From Setoptus koraiensis (taxonomy: Eukaryota > Animalia > Arthropoda): 64,000 nucleotides of DNA. Below are positions 23,555 through 37,361 of this stretch, piece by piece; position 1 is the stretch's first letter; every line of letters starts with the position of its first letter. The position numbers and the translations under genes were made by a program. The DNA lies in the NCBI GenBank assembly GCA_048013815.1, contig CM106585.1, positions 14,322,001-14,386,000 of the forward strand, written 5' to 3'. The notes beneath the pieces were generated by a model. The model saw nothing but the letters and a program-made list of their open reading frames with translations, was not told the DNA's origin and made no database searches.

Positions 23555-24762
23555 TCACTTGTGCCCACCAGGTGAGTGATTGGTGGTGATTGCGTTTGGC
23601 CCGTTGTTGGCGGCCGCCAGGGCCGCCGTATATAATTGATTGAACAATTGCTGTTGTTGCGTTGGTGAATTTAAATTGTTATTATTACTATTGGCCATCA
23701 CATAATTACTACTACTGCCACTGTTACTATTGCTAATAGCTTGCTGGTTGTTGGTTTGTTTGGCGGCATTCAACGGCATTACAACGGTATTACAACTGGA
23801 CTGGGGTGTGGCAGCGCCAATCAACGAATGGTGCTGCTGATGATACTGACTCTGTTGTAATTGGGCCGATGTAACGCTATTAATTAATTGTAAATTACTA
23901 TTGCTTAGTTGTTGTTGTTGTTGTTGCGGCTGGAGCTGCTGCTGTTGCAGCGGCCAGGGAGCCGGCGTTGTGGGCGCGCTCGCGTTGGGGCCCGTCGACA
24001 GCGATCTGTGCAAATGGACACAGGTCCACAATTGTTGCTGTTGCTGATTAACAATTCTGTGCCATATCCGGGTCTCCTCGCTTTGCTGTATCAATATCCT
24101 GTTAGTGGGCTTATCAACAGTTTGTGTCAATCTAATATAGGCTATGGAGGCCGCATCGTCAGACAGCAGATGCACAATGGGATTGAGCATGAGAGAAAAC
24201 TGATGCTGCTGCTGTTGTTGTTGTTGTTGTTGTTGTGATATATTGGACTGTTGTTGTTGTTGTTGCTGCTGATTTATGCTGGCCAGGGCCGTTGCGGCCG
24301 CCACCGCCGCCGCGGACACAATCTGTTGTTGTTGTTGCTTGTTGCTATCATTGCTGCTATTGTTACCTAATTGCTGCTGCTGCTGCTGGCTATTCTTATT
24401 CAACACTGTGTTTGTTGTTGTCCGCGTTGTGGCCGAATTGGGGCCGCCGGTGCCGCTGTTGCTGTTGTTGCCGGTGATGGCCACCACGGCCGCAACCGCG
24501 GCCGCCGTGGCCATGGCAACCAGGTGCTGCTGTTGTTCCTGTTGCTGGTGGCTTATGGTCAATTGTTGCTGTAACCTTTGTGTTTGGTCTAAATAGAACC
24601 TACGGTACTCTTGTGAATCAATCAAATTGCCTAAATTCTCTGGCTCAAACGAGGTCATTTGTGGGTCACAATAGCGCTGTATATAGGTGTCGTAGTCGCC
24701 ATTGTTCAGACAGTCAATCGCCTGCTCTGTCACCTTGATGATGTCCGCCTTTTTGGCCGCCA
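23555..24762 (-). CDS. CaMKII: CaMKII copy B, terminal exon: association (hub) domain with large poly-Q/N/A insertion and C-terminal extension
   Basis: AAKKADIIKVTEQAI...FEPENLGNL...LNPIVHLL...AYIRLTQ...SEETRIWHR...VHLHRS; phase-1 acceptor CTGACAG at 24763-24769; completes a 2505-nt frame (834 aa) with the exons at 50559, 49739 and 28134. Confidence 0.88.
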
Positions 24763-27700
24763 CTGTCAGTGTCAGTGCATTGGGTGCACATGGCACGGGA
24801 TTGTAAAATGAACGTAATTAATTAAACATTTGATTAAACATTGGCCACATACGCATGCGCGATGCGTACACAATCATCGGCAAATTATATGCAAATTAGA
24901 TTAGCGAGCTAGTAAATTAAATTAATTGAATATTTGCATTTAAGTAGACGAGGCATTTCAAACGAACAATCTGCCATATATTGGCTGTCAAATTTTAGTT
25001 GGTGGCGCCAACACAGGGGGCGCCCAAGTTTATTAGCGGTTTATTTACTATTGTTGTCAATTATACATTTTATAACTCAGTTATCAGTTACACACTCACA
25101 ACTTGTCGCACTGGCTGCAGCGTCGGCCAAACTCGAGCCAACTGACCGTCCCACAAGCCGAGCCACGAACTAGCCGATAACAGGTGAATGGGGGCCGGCG
25201 GGTGGTCATGCGATGAGGGGCAACTCGTTTTTGAGTGCTCTCCTCGGGTATGTGGAGAGAGTGTGTGCAATGCAAATATTGATTGTGGTGTGTCCGACGA
25301 CGCAAGTGAGCCATCGCAGGGACAGCAACCAATCATCAGTTTGTCATCATTATCAAGTGCGTATCGGCGCCATAATTGAATTATCGGCCGTAATGCAACC
25401 GACGATAATGTATAAACAACACACGCCGGCCAGTGGATGCGCCTGCATGGGCCCGGGCGTGCGGGCCCCGCTCAAGGAGGCGCCGACAAATACTGGAGGC
25501 TCGCGAATGGCGAGTGCATGCGAATAATTGGATCAAATAAAGGCCACAGACAATGGCAGAGACGATCGCGCCAGCGGCCAGACTGAAAATTGGCGACAAT
25601 GTTTATCTTGGCCTCTATGTACCTGTTATCTTGGCGTCTAGGCTGGCCGGCCGGCCGACCGACCGGATGGCCGGTCCGCTGACTGGCGAGCAGGCCGAGC
25701 ATAACCGGGCATAACCGGGCATAACCGGTATAACTGGTGGGCGAGTGAGGGCGGTCGCTCGGTGCGGCCGGCCTCAGTTTTGGCGCGCGCGCGTTATCAG
25801 CTTGTCTGCAGGCTCTCGAGACAGTGCACCCAGTTTGGCGGGTCTAGCGGGTGAATGATATGACGAAACGGATGTTGTCGTCGCTCGGATTGCGATTGCC
25901 AGAATTGCAATTCAATTCAATTCTGGTCTCGGTTTCGGTTTGTTTGTTGTCGTTTGCGCGCGCTGCTCAGTGGAGCGATTTGCCACGTTTGTGCCGTCGT
26001 TTGTTGCACTAAGCTCGGTGGTGTGGCACGTTGCACGTGCTGCCAGCTTGTCATGTTTGCCTACGTTTGCCGTTATGTTTTTGTCGTTGGCACGAGCTGT
26101 GGCTGGCGCGAGCTTTCGCAAGCGCGCGCGCGCGCTGACAATATTGTGCTGCGGCGCCCCCGCATGCGGCACGCTTGCCTTGGCGCCAACAAATCGGCCG
26201 CCGCCGCCGCCCGTGGGTATCTGTGGGCCGTCAATGGCCAGCATGAGGCCTTGGTGCTTGGTGCGACCGTACCCCGGGTACAGTAATTCAGTTGAGCCCA
26301 TTACCGCAATCTGCCCACTGGAGCGGTGTGTCGCGTTTGTTGCTAGTTGTGTGTGTGTGTCTGGCGGTATCGTGACACTTGCAGGTTAGCGGCGGCAAAC
26401 AACTTGCGACCATTAGCAGTGGCTAGCGGCAAATCTGATTAAATCGATCAGATCGATTTATCCAGCCATTCGAGACGATGCTTATAATGACGGCACCAAT
26501 GGGCCGGCTTTATAATGATATCAATTGTGCGCGCTTGTATCAATCGATGCGCGTCTCGAGATAAAAACGAAATGCGCGCCAATAGGTTAACACTTGCCAG
26601 CAGACTCTGTCGAACAGAGCGAGCTTGCCAGCAGACTCTGTCGAACAGAGCGAGTGAGATGTGAATACGGCGATAAATATCAATTTAATTTGATCCGATC
26701 CGATTCCATCCGATCGGGGCCCATCCGATCCCATCTGATCCCATCGGCCGCGATCGGATCGGATCAATTCGAGACCAGATGAGCGGACGGGCACAAGATG
26801 AGACGGCACGAGATCGAGCGACGCGTCAAGCCCGACGCCGCTGAACAGTTGTCGCGATCACTGTCGGCCGACTGGCTTTTTATGCCCGATGATCTTGATC
26901 CGTTGTGTTTGCAAATGTACGCGCCCGTTGCCGGGATGCGGCCCGAGCCAAGGCCGGCCCGAGCGACGGCCGGCCCGAGCAACGGGCTAATTATACACGT
27001 GATTCGCGCGCTGCTTGCTGCTCCAGATCACAGCGGCGACAAGCGGTGCGTGCCAATATAATTGAACAGCATCTCTAACAGGCGCCCCAATGTCCGCTTG
27101 CCAATTACAGGCGCAGTGGCTCGCTCGTGGTGGGCGCCGCAAGAAGAAAAAAAAAACAGAAATCTATCAAGCATGGACAGCTTACAGCGGCGCACCAGCG
27201 AGCTAATGCGACTCGTCTGACAATGCTGCCCGATCAAACAACAAACAATAATGCAGAGAACAGAGAAGCGCCAGAGGATAAAATCAATCAGCCTCCGAGA
27301 CGCTGGCTTGCGGCTCGCGCCAATCAGCTGACGATTGTTGTCATGATTGTTGCGACCACGATTGTTGGCATGATAGTCGTGTCGTGTTGCGCTGTTGCCG
27401 ACATTGGCAACACCAACACTTTGGACACTGGCCAGTTTGGCCGATAATTGGCCGCAATGAGCGTCGCTGGCGTTGCACAGCACGCAACCACTATCGCACA
27501 GTAGCGGCGTCAGTCGCACCGGGTATCATTGTCGGCGATCATTGTCGGCGATCATTGTCGGCGATATATCAGAGATAAATAGAAACAGAAACGATCTCGA
27601 GAGGCGCCACGGAAAGCGGAGTGAAATTGCCAAAAAGTGTCCGTCGCCGCTGTCAATGATAGCATTGATTGGTAGCAGATTAGTCAGTTGCCCGACATGC

Positions 27701-27804
27701 CAAATGCGCCAAATATGTCAAATGCGCCAAATATGTCAAATGTGCCGAATATGTCAAATGTGCCAAGCAAGCCAAACAAGCCAAATGTGCCAAACGAGAC
27801 TCAC

Positions 27805-28134
27805 CTTTTCGCGCCAGCTGACTCTGGTTGGCGGAAGTGGCCGGCACTGTTGTCGCCTGGCTAGCCAGCTGATGCTGATGGTGCTGCTGTTGTTGCGCAA
27901 TGGTATGTTGAGTTCCCGTAGAGCCAACAACATTCACTAATGATGTTGCATTCATTGATGACGCAACAACAGTGGGTGATGCGCTTGCCAGTGCCATGGC
28001 GGCGCCCGTTGTGTCCAATGGATCGTTTTCCTCAATTGTTGTGGTGGCGCTACCGTCGGAGCTCTCTTTCAATGTTACAGGTGACGCTTGCATTATAACG
28101 GTGTCCTCTTTGTTTTTGGCCATCATCGAGCGAC
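27805..28134 (-). CDS. CaMKII: CaMKII copy B, variable-linker exon (330 nt, phase 1-1)
   Basis: GRSMMAKNKE...KESSDGSATTTIEEND resembles the arthropod CaMKII linker (RSMITKK..KESTDSSSTTLEDDD); acceptor ATACAG at 28135-28140, donor AAAG|GTGAGT at 27804. Confidence 0.85.
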
Positions 28135-31100
28135 CTGTATAGAGATGTATGTACGATAGATATTTATGTATATGATGCATAGGTAAGATATGCCAGGCAC
28201 AGGGCCCCACATTGGCGCAATACGCGCGTGTATATGCACGTGCAGCACGTTGCGTACACGTGGTGGCAGCACAGTGCGCGGTTGTGTACAGGTGAGTGTC
28301 GCATAGCGACATGGCAAAATAAAATGAATTTTATATATTACATAATAATTGTTTGCGTCACACAATCAAGCGTCAGTCGAGTTGGACGACGAGCGAGAGC
28401 GGTCGCAATTATTAGCGCAATGTTGTCGCAATGTTGTCGCAACGTTGTCGCAACATTATCGCAGTGGTCATTTAATCCAGCGATGGCGTCCAGCGATTGC
28501 GTTGCGTCGGTGTGTTGTGCAGCGCAGTTGTTGTGTGGTGCAGTTGTTGTGCGGCATTGTGCAGTGTTATGTAATGTTGTCAAGTGCCAAGGCAGCGGCG
28601 GTCAGCCAGCGCAAAACGAAAATAGGCCAACGCAATGCCCAATCGAGATTTAAACAGATGAGCGATGTTTGCGTTGCGTTTTGGTTTGTCGTAGAGGTCG
28701 CAAGTTGTTGTGTTGCGCGTTGTTCACAGTGTAACCAGCATCAATTAGGTGGAGTGAATGTTGTTGTTGTTGTTGTTTTTAGATCAGCACATGATTGATT
28801 ATTTGTGTGCGGTTGTAACGACACATTGATCAAAGAACACCAACCATGAATGACGTAACCACACAACGCACACACGCACACATACAAATGAGTGATAGAG
28901 CAGTTCATCGTGAGATTAGATAGCCGAGGGGGCACCAATTAAAGCGATTGTGTTGCAATTGATTGTGTTTAATCCGATGGGTCGATCCGTTAGATCCGTT
29001 GGGTCCGTTGGGTCCGTTGGTTGCGTTGGGTTTGTTAGTTGCGACAGACGATGGTCGAAGCGCCGATCATGCAACAGCCACAGCGGATAATGATAATGCA
29101 GCGCAAATTGCATTTGGGCAGCATATGTGCGGCACAGTGAGAGCGGCACAGTGATAGTAAAAGTGGGAGAAACAAACAAAGAATTGTGGTCAGTTTTGTT
29201 TACATTGGTCATCTTGGCCCGTGCTACCTGTGCCCGAAAGTGCGCACAGATGAGGTCGTAATGAGCACAGATGCAGTCATAATGAGCACAGATGCAGTCA
29301 TAATGAGCACAGTTGTGCCAAATTAGTTGGCGATAGTTAGTGCTCGTGAATTATCTAATAAATCTTGAGTTGTGTCCGCAATGGTATCCGCATGCAATCA
29401 ATCCGTATCAATTCGTGCACAATACACATTACGCAACGTATATGCGCAATGTATGTACGCAATATATACGCATTATATACGCAATGTGTTTTGGTATTAT
29501 GTAACACCATGTTATCATATTTCATCATCATGGTCATGATGAGTTTACACAGTGTTTGTTTATAACGTAGCGTACACGGCCAATATAGGCTGCAATGGCG
29601 ATACAAAGTGTGTGTGATATATGCGCGGATAAGATAAGCAATGATGATACCTAGTGATAATAATAACAACATTGAGACAAGTGCCTCTGACACACACCCC
29701 GTTCAGGTAGCTGCAATATAAAGGTAATGTAATATCCGAAGCAACAGCATCTAATTCAATCTTAATTATTATCATTATCGGACAGGTGAGCAAGGTGAGC
29801 GGGGGCCGGCCGAGACATATGGGCGCGGGTACATATGGCCGGTAACGGGCACAGAGTGGCAAGTGACGAGCGGAGGTGATGATCAATAATTGATGATTAT
29901 CGCCTTGCCAGTGTCATTAGTTTAGTAACTAAAGTTTAGTTCATTTGTTGGCCGGCAGTGGGGCAACATCACTATATACTTTTGCTTTGTGATTTTGTTT
30001 TGTTTTGTTTTGTTATTTTGGGCCCGCTTGGGCCAGTTAGCAAGTGAGGCCCACAGTGAGGCTAATGAACTTGCAACTCTCCGGCAAGCATGCACCAGCA
30101 ACTGATAATTAAGATTGACTGCCGCTCGCTATTCACACTGACACGTATGCGCTACATAATATATTCATAAATTTCGTTTCATCGACCAGTGTTTGTGTTA
30201 ATACAGTATTAATGGTTATTCAATGGCATCATCCGGCGACAGCCATGTTATGTCACACACACAAACACATGCGCTGGTTATAGTTGGCTGGACATGTAAT
30301 AGTGACACAGATAGCTGCGCCATCTATATCACTATTAGAGGCCCGTAATAGTTTACTAATTTACAAACGCGCGACAAACGCGTTACGTAACACACTGCCA
30401 GACCGCTGCGCACCGCTGTGGACCGCTGTAGACTGGGCTGCTATCCGGCCGCCTACCACGAATAACGTACGCATACGGGCGGCCATTGTCCGCGCGTTGC
30501 CCGCGCGTTATCCGTGCCTTTTAGCCGTGCAGTTGTACCCGCAAATGTGCGCCCGCGTCAGTTGTCCGCGCGCCATGGCTGCACGGACAACTGGACATTA
30601 GCCCTTGTATAATAGGCTATCGCGAGGGTGCGTGCCTATGGCCAGTGTCATAAATTAGTGGCTCTCGACGCGACTCGCCAGTGAAAAGCTCGACACGAGT
30701 GCCAGTAATCAGCTTTATATTAAATAAATAAAGCGCCTTCTGTTCGTGTCTATTCCATTGTGGGCCCCCTCTTTCGAGGCTCGTGCGCGGCCCGCTGGCG
30801 GCTCGTTCGGCGGCTCGTTCTCGCGAAGGCTCGCTCGTGCGCCAGTCGGCTCGTGGCGCGCTCGGCCGCCAGTGGCTCGTGGCGCGCTCGGCCGGCCACT
30901 CGAGCCTCGTACCTGGCCGAACCTGTACGCCGGGCACAACAACAACAAGCGACACACACTAGCAGGCACACACACTAATAGTCTAGTTAGTGGGCCACGT
31001 ACAAATTGCACTGAAATGTGTGTTGCACGTGCCGGTGCGTATCATCGGCGGGCATCGCTTCCATAACGAAAATATTGTTGAGTGGCGCCGTCTAGATGGG

Positions 31101-34100
31101 CCCCCATAAAACTAATAGTGGTGCGTGTGGAGTGGTCGTTACCGGCCAGCACTTAACTGTTGACCGTTTCACGGACCCCATTGTGTGCGGGCGCCCGAGA
31201 GAGCGGCCCGAATAAACAGACTGGCCAAGATGATGAAATCTCTGCTCTTTGTTGTCGCTGTTGTCGGCGTTGTCGGCCTCGTTGCAGTTGTAAAATATAT
31301 CTGCTGCTCTCGGCATACAATAATGACCCAAGTGAGCCCCAAAGTGTGTCCCACTCTAAACATCATCTCACATCGGTGGATATGAGAGCCTCCAATTCGC
31401 AGATAATGTCGACATAATTAGACTACTGCGTCACTTGGCCGGCCAGATGGAACCACCGCCGGCCAGCGCCCGCAGTTACCTAATGAGACGCCTGGCGGCC
31501 GTGGCACGAGTGCCATAACAACTCCATTACACTTGCTCTACATCATACAAAATTGTGCATGCTGTAACTCAACATTTGGCCGCCACTCGTCGCAATTTAT
31601 GGCCAGCGGCGCACACTGGCGGCCGGCGCCACTGCCGCTGCTCAATCACTGGCGCTCCCAGCCAACAATCACTGGCGCACCGCTAATCGCCGCCGCTATC
31701 TGTCGCCAATCCATCGATGCGCCATTAGATTGGGGCCCATTGCGCACAACAAGATATCGCCGTGCTACTTCGTGCCATCATCTCACGGCCAAGATCTTGA
31801 TATCTTGTGCGCAACGGGCCCCAATTCTCGGACACAACATTCGGACCCAACTCTCACAACAATATTGCCCAACTCTCACAACAATATCGCCCGATTCTCG
31901 AGCACAACATTGCCCAATTTTAAGACGCAATATGTCGTTACAGGGCGACACGGGCGGCCGCCAAGTCGGCGCAGATACGCGACCATTGGTCTCACACTGC
32001 AACACTCACAGGCGAGGCCCCCTCCCTTTCGCGGCGGCCAGCGGGGATATTTTATGGCGAAGCCCCACTTTGCATAAGCTACTCAATTAGCGTGTGGGTG
32101 TGTGTGGCGATAAAAATGACCGCTCTTATATTTTATTTTTATGGCTCGCCACACACACACACAGACACGGCCGCTTGTTAGTGTCTTATTATTGGGGCCC
32201 CTTGTTGTTGCCAGCTCATGTGTGTGCCGCCAGCTACATAATAATAATGCCGAATAGCCCTGACACGAGATAGATGTCGCTGGCATTTCATACATCACCA
32301 AAATGGGTAATTGATGACATAAGAGCGCCGCCGAGCCGGCCCAATGGCGACAGTTATAACTGACCGTTATTTGAGTAACGAGCCAACCGCGGGGCCCCCA
32401 TTGTGGCTGTGCGCGGTGTGTGTTAACTCGTCCTTGCCGGCGATTCTTTTGCCTCGTTGCCTCGTTGCCTCGTTGCCTCGTTGCATCTCCGTCTCGCCGG
32501 CTCGCCGTCCGCCGTCCGCCGGCTCGCTGGCCCGTGTTGCCGAGGCCAATTGCGATTGCAATTGCAACCAACAATTATTTTTCGCGCCATTCTCCTGAAT
32601 GAATAGCCTGATTCATTATAATTCGGGCTAATATGCGGCTGCGAATTTCTCTAAAGTCTCCTGTCATTAATCTAGGCCGACCTCTCTCTTTCTATCGCTT
32701 GCTTGTTATTTTTGGGCCCCTACTATATACGGCCATTACTATATCTGCGGTGGCGGCGGCGGCGGCGGCGGCGGCGGCAACAATTAGCGATCAGTAATTG
32801 TTTCCACTTTGGCCAGCCGGCCGGTTGGCGGCCTCGTTGATGGCGCAGCAACAGTAACTAAAGGCGCCCGAAAACACCATTAGCGCCTAATAGATCCGCC
32901 ACACCGGACTGGCGGCGCTGGTCGCAACCAGTTAAATGATGAATGTATTGTCGGAGTGTCGGTGCGATTATGTTGTACGATTATATCATACGATTACATC
33001 ATACGGTTTTATCATGCGATTATATCATACGGTTATATCATACACGATTATGTAATACGATTACATTATACTATTTTATCATGCACGAGCACACGATAAA
33101 ATAATATACGTACCGTATATGATAAACGGTATGCCATGCACGGTGTATTGCACTTTTTAATGGGGGCGCCACCAACGTGAGGCCCGTGTTGGCGCACTTG
33201 TGCCAAGCTACAGCTGTTGTGCAATGTACGCTAAATTGTACAGATGTTTTGATAATAACAGCAACGGGGCACGATGTAATTATTTTATCAATTACATAAT
33301 GATAAACTAGCACCACTGTCATGCAGATGAGATATAGCCCTGGCCATACGACTCATAAATATGGCTCGCGATGCAAGCGAACTCATGAATACACTTATAG
33401 ACTGCAGCTATATTATTATGTTATTATAGTGTGCCTCGCCAGCCAGCACAATATCCACTCAAGCAATCCCGATATCCAGCCCAATATCCACTGGATGTTC
33501 GGCTGGATGTTCGGCTGGATGTTCGGCTGGATGTTCGGCTAGATATTCGGCTGGATATCGGGATTTAGTGAGGCCTGACGTGATGTACGATGACGCAATA
33601 TACCAACAGCAATGCAGCAATAGAGGCATGGGGCCGGCCGGCCGACAACAAAACGATCGGCTGCCAACGAGTGGCATGCCGGCATTCAATTGTCGATGGC
33701 AGCCATGCAGTTGGCTCAGCAACCGGCCCCCACTGGCAATTGAAACGCATCTCGCCAAATGCGCGAGATGCGTTTCAATTGCATCGCCATCAATTGATCG
33801 GCTCCACTGGACAAAATGATGGTATTTGGTTTGTACGTGTTTGTGCGGCGGCGGCGGCGCCACGAGCAGAGGAATCACAGTTGTCAGTGGCGAAAATCAA
33901 TCATGGTTCGCTCAAGCATGAAGCTATTTATTATGGGGCCCCGCCATTGTAAACTCTCTATTATCCGCACAGCACACAACATGGCAGAGCACAGCGCAAC
34001 ACGGCACAATACGGCAGAGCAGGGCACAACCAATAATCTATTAGGTGGCAAACAGACGCAATGTAATATGGTGGCCAATATCGCCAACCATTGCCAGTGT

Positions 34101-35044
34101 TTGGCCCCATTCGCTGGCGCGTGCTACAGCAACGCGATTTGCAGCGATTTATTTATATTTAAATGGCCACGTTGTGTGTTGTCCGCGCATAATGATGTAT
34201 GGGGGGGGGGGCGGTGGCGAGAGGGGCAGTTGGACGAGCTCGACAAATAGATCCCAGTCAATGGCCACTTTTCGGCCTATTAGCGGGGCCCGACGATATT
34301 AACGAAGGTCGGTCGGGCCCGCATTACACAGTGAGCTGACTGTTAACCGGCGGCCACGTTGAGCACCCACACAGAACCGTGGCGACTTTGTTTGCCGTTT
34401 GCACCGCCAGGGGAATACAGTCACAATTGAATATCACTGTGAGTCCCTGATATTCATTCAGTGATATATATATATTCAGCTGAACTAAACGACAGTTAGC
34501 TGTTAGCTGAATATATCACTGTGAGAGCATGATGACGTAACAACGTATCAGCCGATGAAGAGCCGATAAAAAGCAGTTGATGTTGTTTTTTTTTTTTTCG
34601 TTCTGCTGCTGCTGCTGCAACAAGTCTGACAGCGGTTGGCTAGGCGGCCCATGAGAGGATGCACACAGTCGTTACCGGCCGGATGAGGCCATTCTGACAG
34701 ACAGGGGGCGCTTTCGGGTTCATGCCAACAGCCGAGAGCCAGCGGCCGAGGGTGCAGCCAACTGGCAGCAAGCTGCTGTCTGTGTGATTTTGGCCAATTA
34801 GATGAGAGTGACTGGCACTAGAGGCTTGCAAATGGCGATGAGATGAACTGAATTATAATTAGGCCGGCGCTGTTTTTGTTGTTGTTAGCCGGTAATCAAA
34901 AGAGTGAAAAGAATGCGCGCCAGCATTTCTAAACATACTCGCTCGTTCGCTCAACTAGACAGGCTGCCGGCATATTTAGGTTGCGTCATCGTTTTGGTTC
35001 GTGCAAAGCTCGCCGCAACATAACAAAAAACGGCAACAACAACG

Positions 35045-35081
<37 letters not shown>

Positions 35082-36182
35082 CTGCAAATTTGGTTGTTGG
35101 TGTCAGGAAGAAAGGGAGCGCGCGCGACGCTTGGCACGCACAAACGCACAACAATAATCAGAGTAGAGGAGAAAAAATGTACGGGCGCCAAGTGACGGGA
35201 GCAGCGGGCCAAAAGGGGGGGAGCCAGTTAGGCCAGCGAGCGAGACAGAGCAGATTGGCCGCTGAATGGCGCACATTGAATGTGCAGCGGCTTCACTTCC
35301 GCCTTATATTGGTATATCCGTTTGATAGTGGCATGCTGCTCAGTGTTATTTGTTTCAATCAGCTGCTGGCTGTTGAACCCTTTATCCGGCCCAGCTCAAC
35401 AGCAACAACAGCAGCAGCAACAACAACGACAACAACAGCAGCAACAACAACAACAACTGCACTGTGCATTGCACAGTGTGTAACCGTAGCTGTTTGGCCG
35501 TTTGTTTGTGTCGTTTTGCGCCACTTTGAGTCGTCGCACCACACACGCACACACCCACACACGTACACACACACACCGACACGAGTTGTAGTCACGAGTG
35601 ACTCAACACAATGGACGAGCACCAGTTTAAAGCGAGTTTTCAGCGGCACACACACACACACACACACACACACAGCCTGTGCGAGCTGGATATTACGTAA
35701 TGCGCGCAATACGTAATGCGCGAGCAAACAAACTGACAAGCAGCGAGACAGCGCGCAAAGATGCAAATCAGCAGTCTTGCCACACAATGTGCACAGCCTG
35801 GCCAGACTGTGCTGCCAGTTAGCAGGCGCAGGCACAGGCCAGCCAGAGTTGGCAAAAGTTTGTTGTGCGCCTAGCTGCGTTCGCGAGTTTAACAACGAGA
35901 ATCACAATTCGTTTGCGATCGCTGCCGAGCAATTGCGATTGAGTAACTGTAACTCACATGACACTGACGCGTGAGTTAGTTGCTGATGCAAGCGCGTGCT
36001 GTTGCGCAACAACTTGCAACAAGCACGCGCTGCCACGTACGCGCGACCGTGTAATGCTAGATTAAACATCATGAATCATCACACATAGAGGGCAGTGTTA
36101 GATTGTCATTATGCTTATGCAGTTATTGTTAGATAGATAAGCAACACGATTAACGAGCACACAATAATAACAATAGTATTAC

Positions 36183-37361
36183 CGTTTTTCGCTTGCTGCT
36201 GCTGCTTCTGGCTGTTGCTTGTGGCGCCGCCTACGTTAAAGGCGCTTATTATCATATTTGACATGGAGTGAATGGACGAAGCAGATGATTTCTTTCTTGT
36301 CTTATTGCTATTGCTACTCTGTTGCTGCTTGTTATTGGACGACGACTGGTCTAGTTGTTGATTGCTGGACTTGTTTTGGCACAATGACAATGCAGACGCA
36401 CTACACTTGAGACCCGCCGTGGGTGCGCTCTCGGCTGGGGCGTTGCGTGCACCGGAAGTGTGGCCGGCCTGACCACCGCGGAAGGTGTTAATTAGAAATT
36501 GCTGAATAGAGTTGGTGGAGAAGCGCCTATTGTTGCTGTTGTGGCTGTTGGGGCTGTTGGGGCTGTTGTGGCCGTTGTGGCCATTTTGGCCATTTTGGCC
36601 GGCAGTGATATTGCCAGCGCTATTGGTCAGCTGCGGGTTTGTATTTGGCGCCAAAAGTGTGGACGCTTTCGGCTTGGCGCCCATTGTTTGAATGTAGTTG
36701 GTGTTGTTGTTGTTGTCGGTGTCGGTGTCGGTGTCGGTGTAGCTATTTGACGAGTGCAGCTCACTGCTATTATTGTCTAGACCATAGTTGTATAGACTGG
36801 CTATATCGCCAATATAATGGTTGTTGTATTGTTGTTGTCTATCTAGTTGCTGTGGCAACGACGCCACCAGCTGATTATTACCGTCGACAGCCAATGGCAC
36901 GTTTCCCGTTGACCTAGATGCAGCAGTTATTGCGCCGCCGATATGAAGCTGCTGACTAAACGATGATTGGCTGCTGTAATCACTATCTGGGCTATTGGGG
37001 CTATCACTTGTAACTTTTTGGCCACTTCCGCTTCCCGTCTGGCGGCGCTCGTGCAATGATTGTGGATGTTGCTGCTGTCGGTGTTGTTGTTGATGCTGTG
37101 ATTGTTGTTGTTGTGGTTGCGTTCTTCTGTCGTTGAGTAGCCGGCTCAATAGCGTGGTCATGTTGTTTTGCAAATAATTCAGGCAGGTTAACAGGGCAAA
37201 CAACAAACAAATTGTTGCCACTATTTTCACCAACACCAATTGCGGGCTCAGAGACTCTATTTGCTCCTCGTCCAATGCTAGTTCTAGTTGCTCTAATTCC
37301 TCTATTTGGCCCTCGAACAGAGGCGCCCCGCCGGCCGATTGTATATCCGTGATTTTGAATA
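36183..37361 (-). CDS. Putative alternative exon in CaMKII intron encoding a hydrophobic (TM-like) segment and a long Gln/Asn/Ser-rich region
   Basis: Lies within the 36115-37428 open frame (1.3 kb), which has the same low-complexity style as the CaMKII exons; phase-1 donor AACG|GTAATA at 36182; candidate phase-1 acceptor CTCAAG ending at 37362 (others possible); hydrophobic run LVLVKIVATICLLFALLTCLNYL at 37239-37171; no ATG upstream of that run. Confidence 0.55.

Noticed and set aside
23909-24596. Plus-strand poly-L/C ORFs
   Set aside because: Antisense shadows of the poly-Q CaMKII hub exon.
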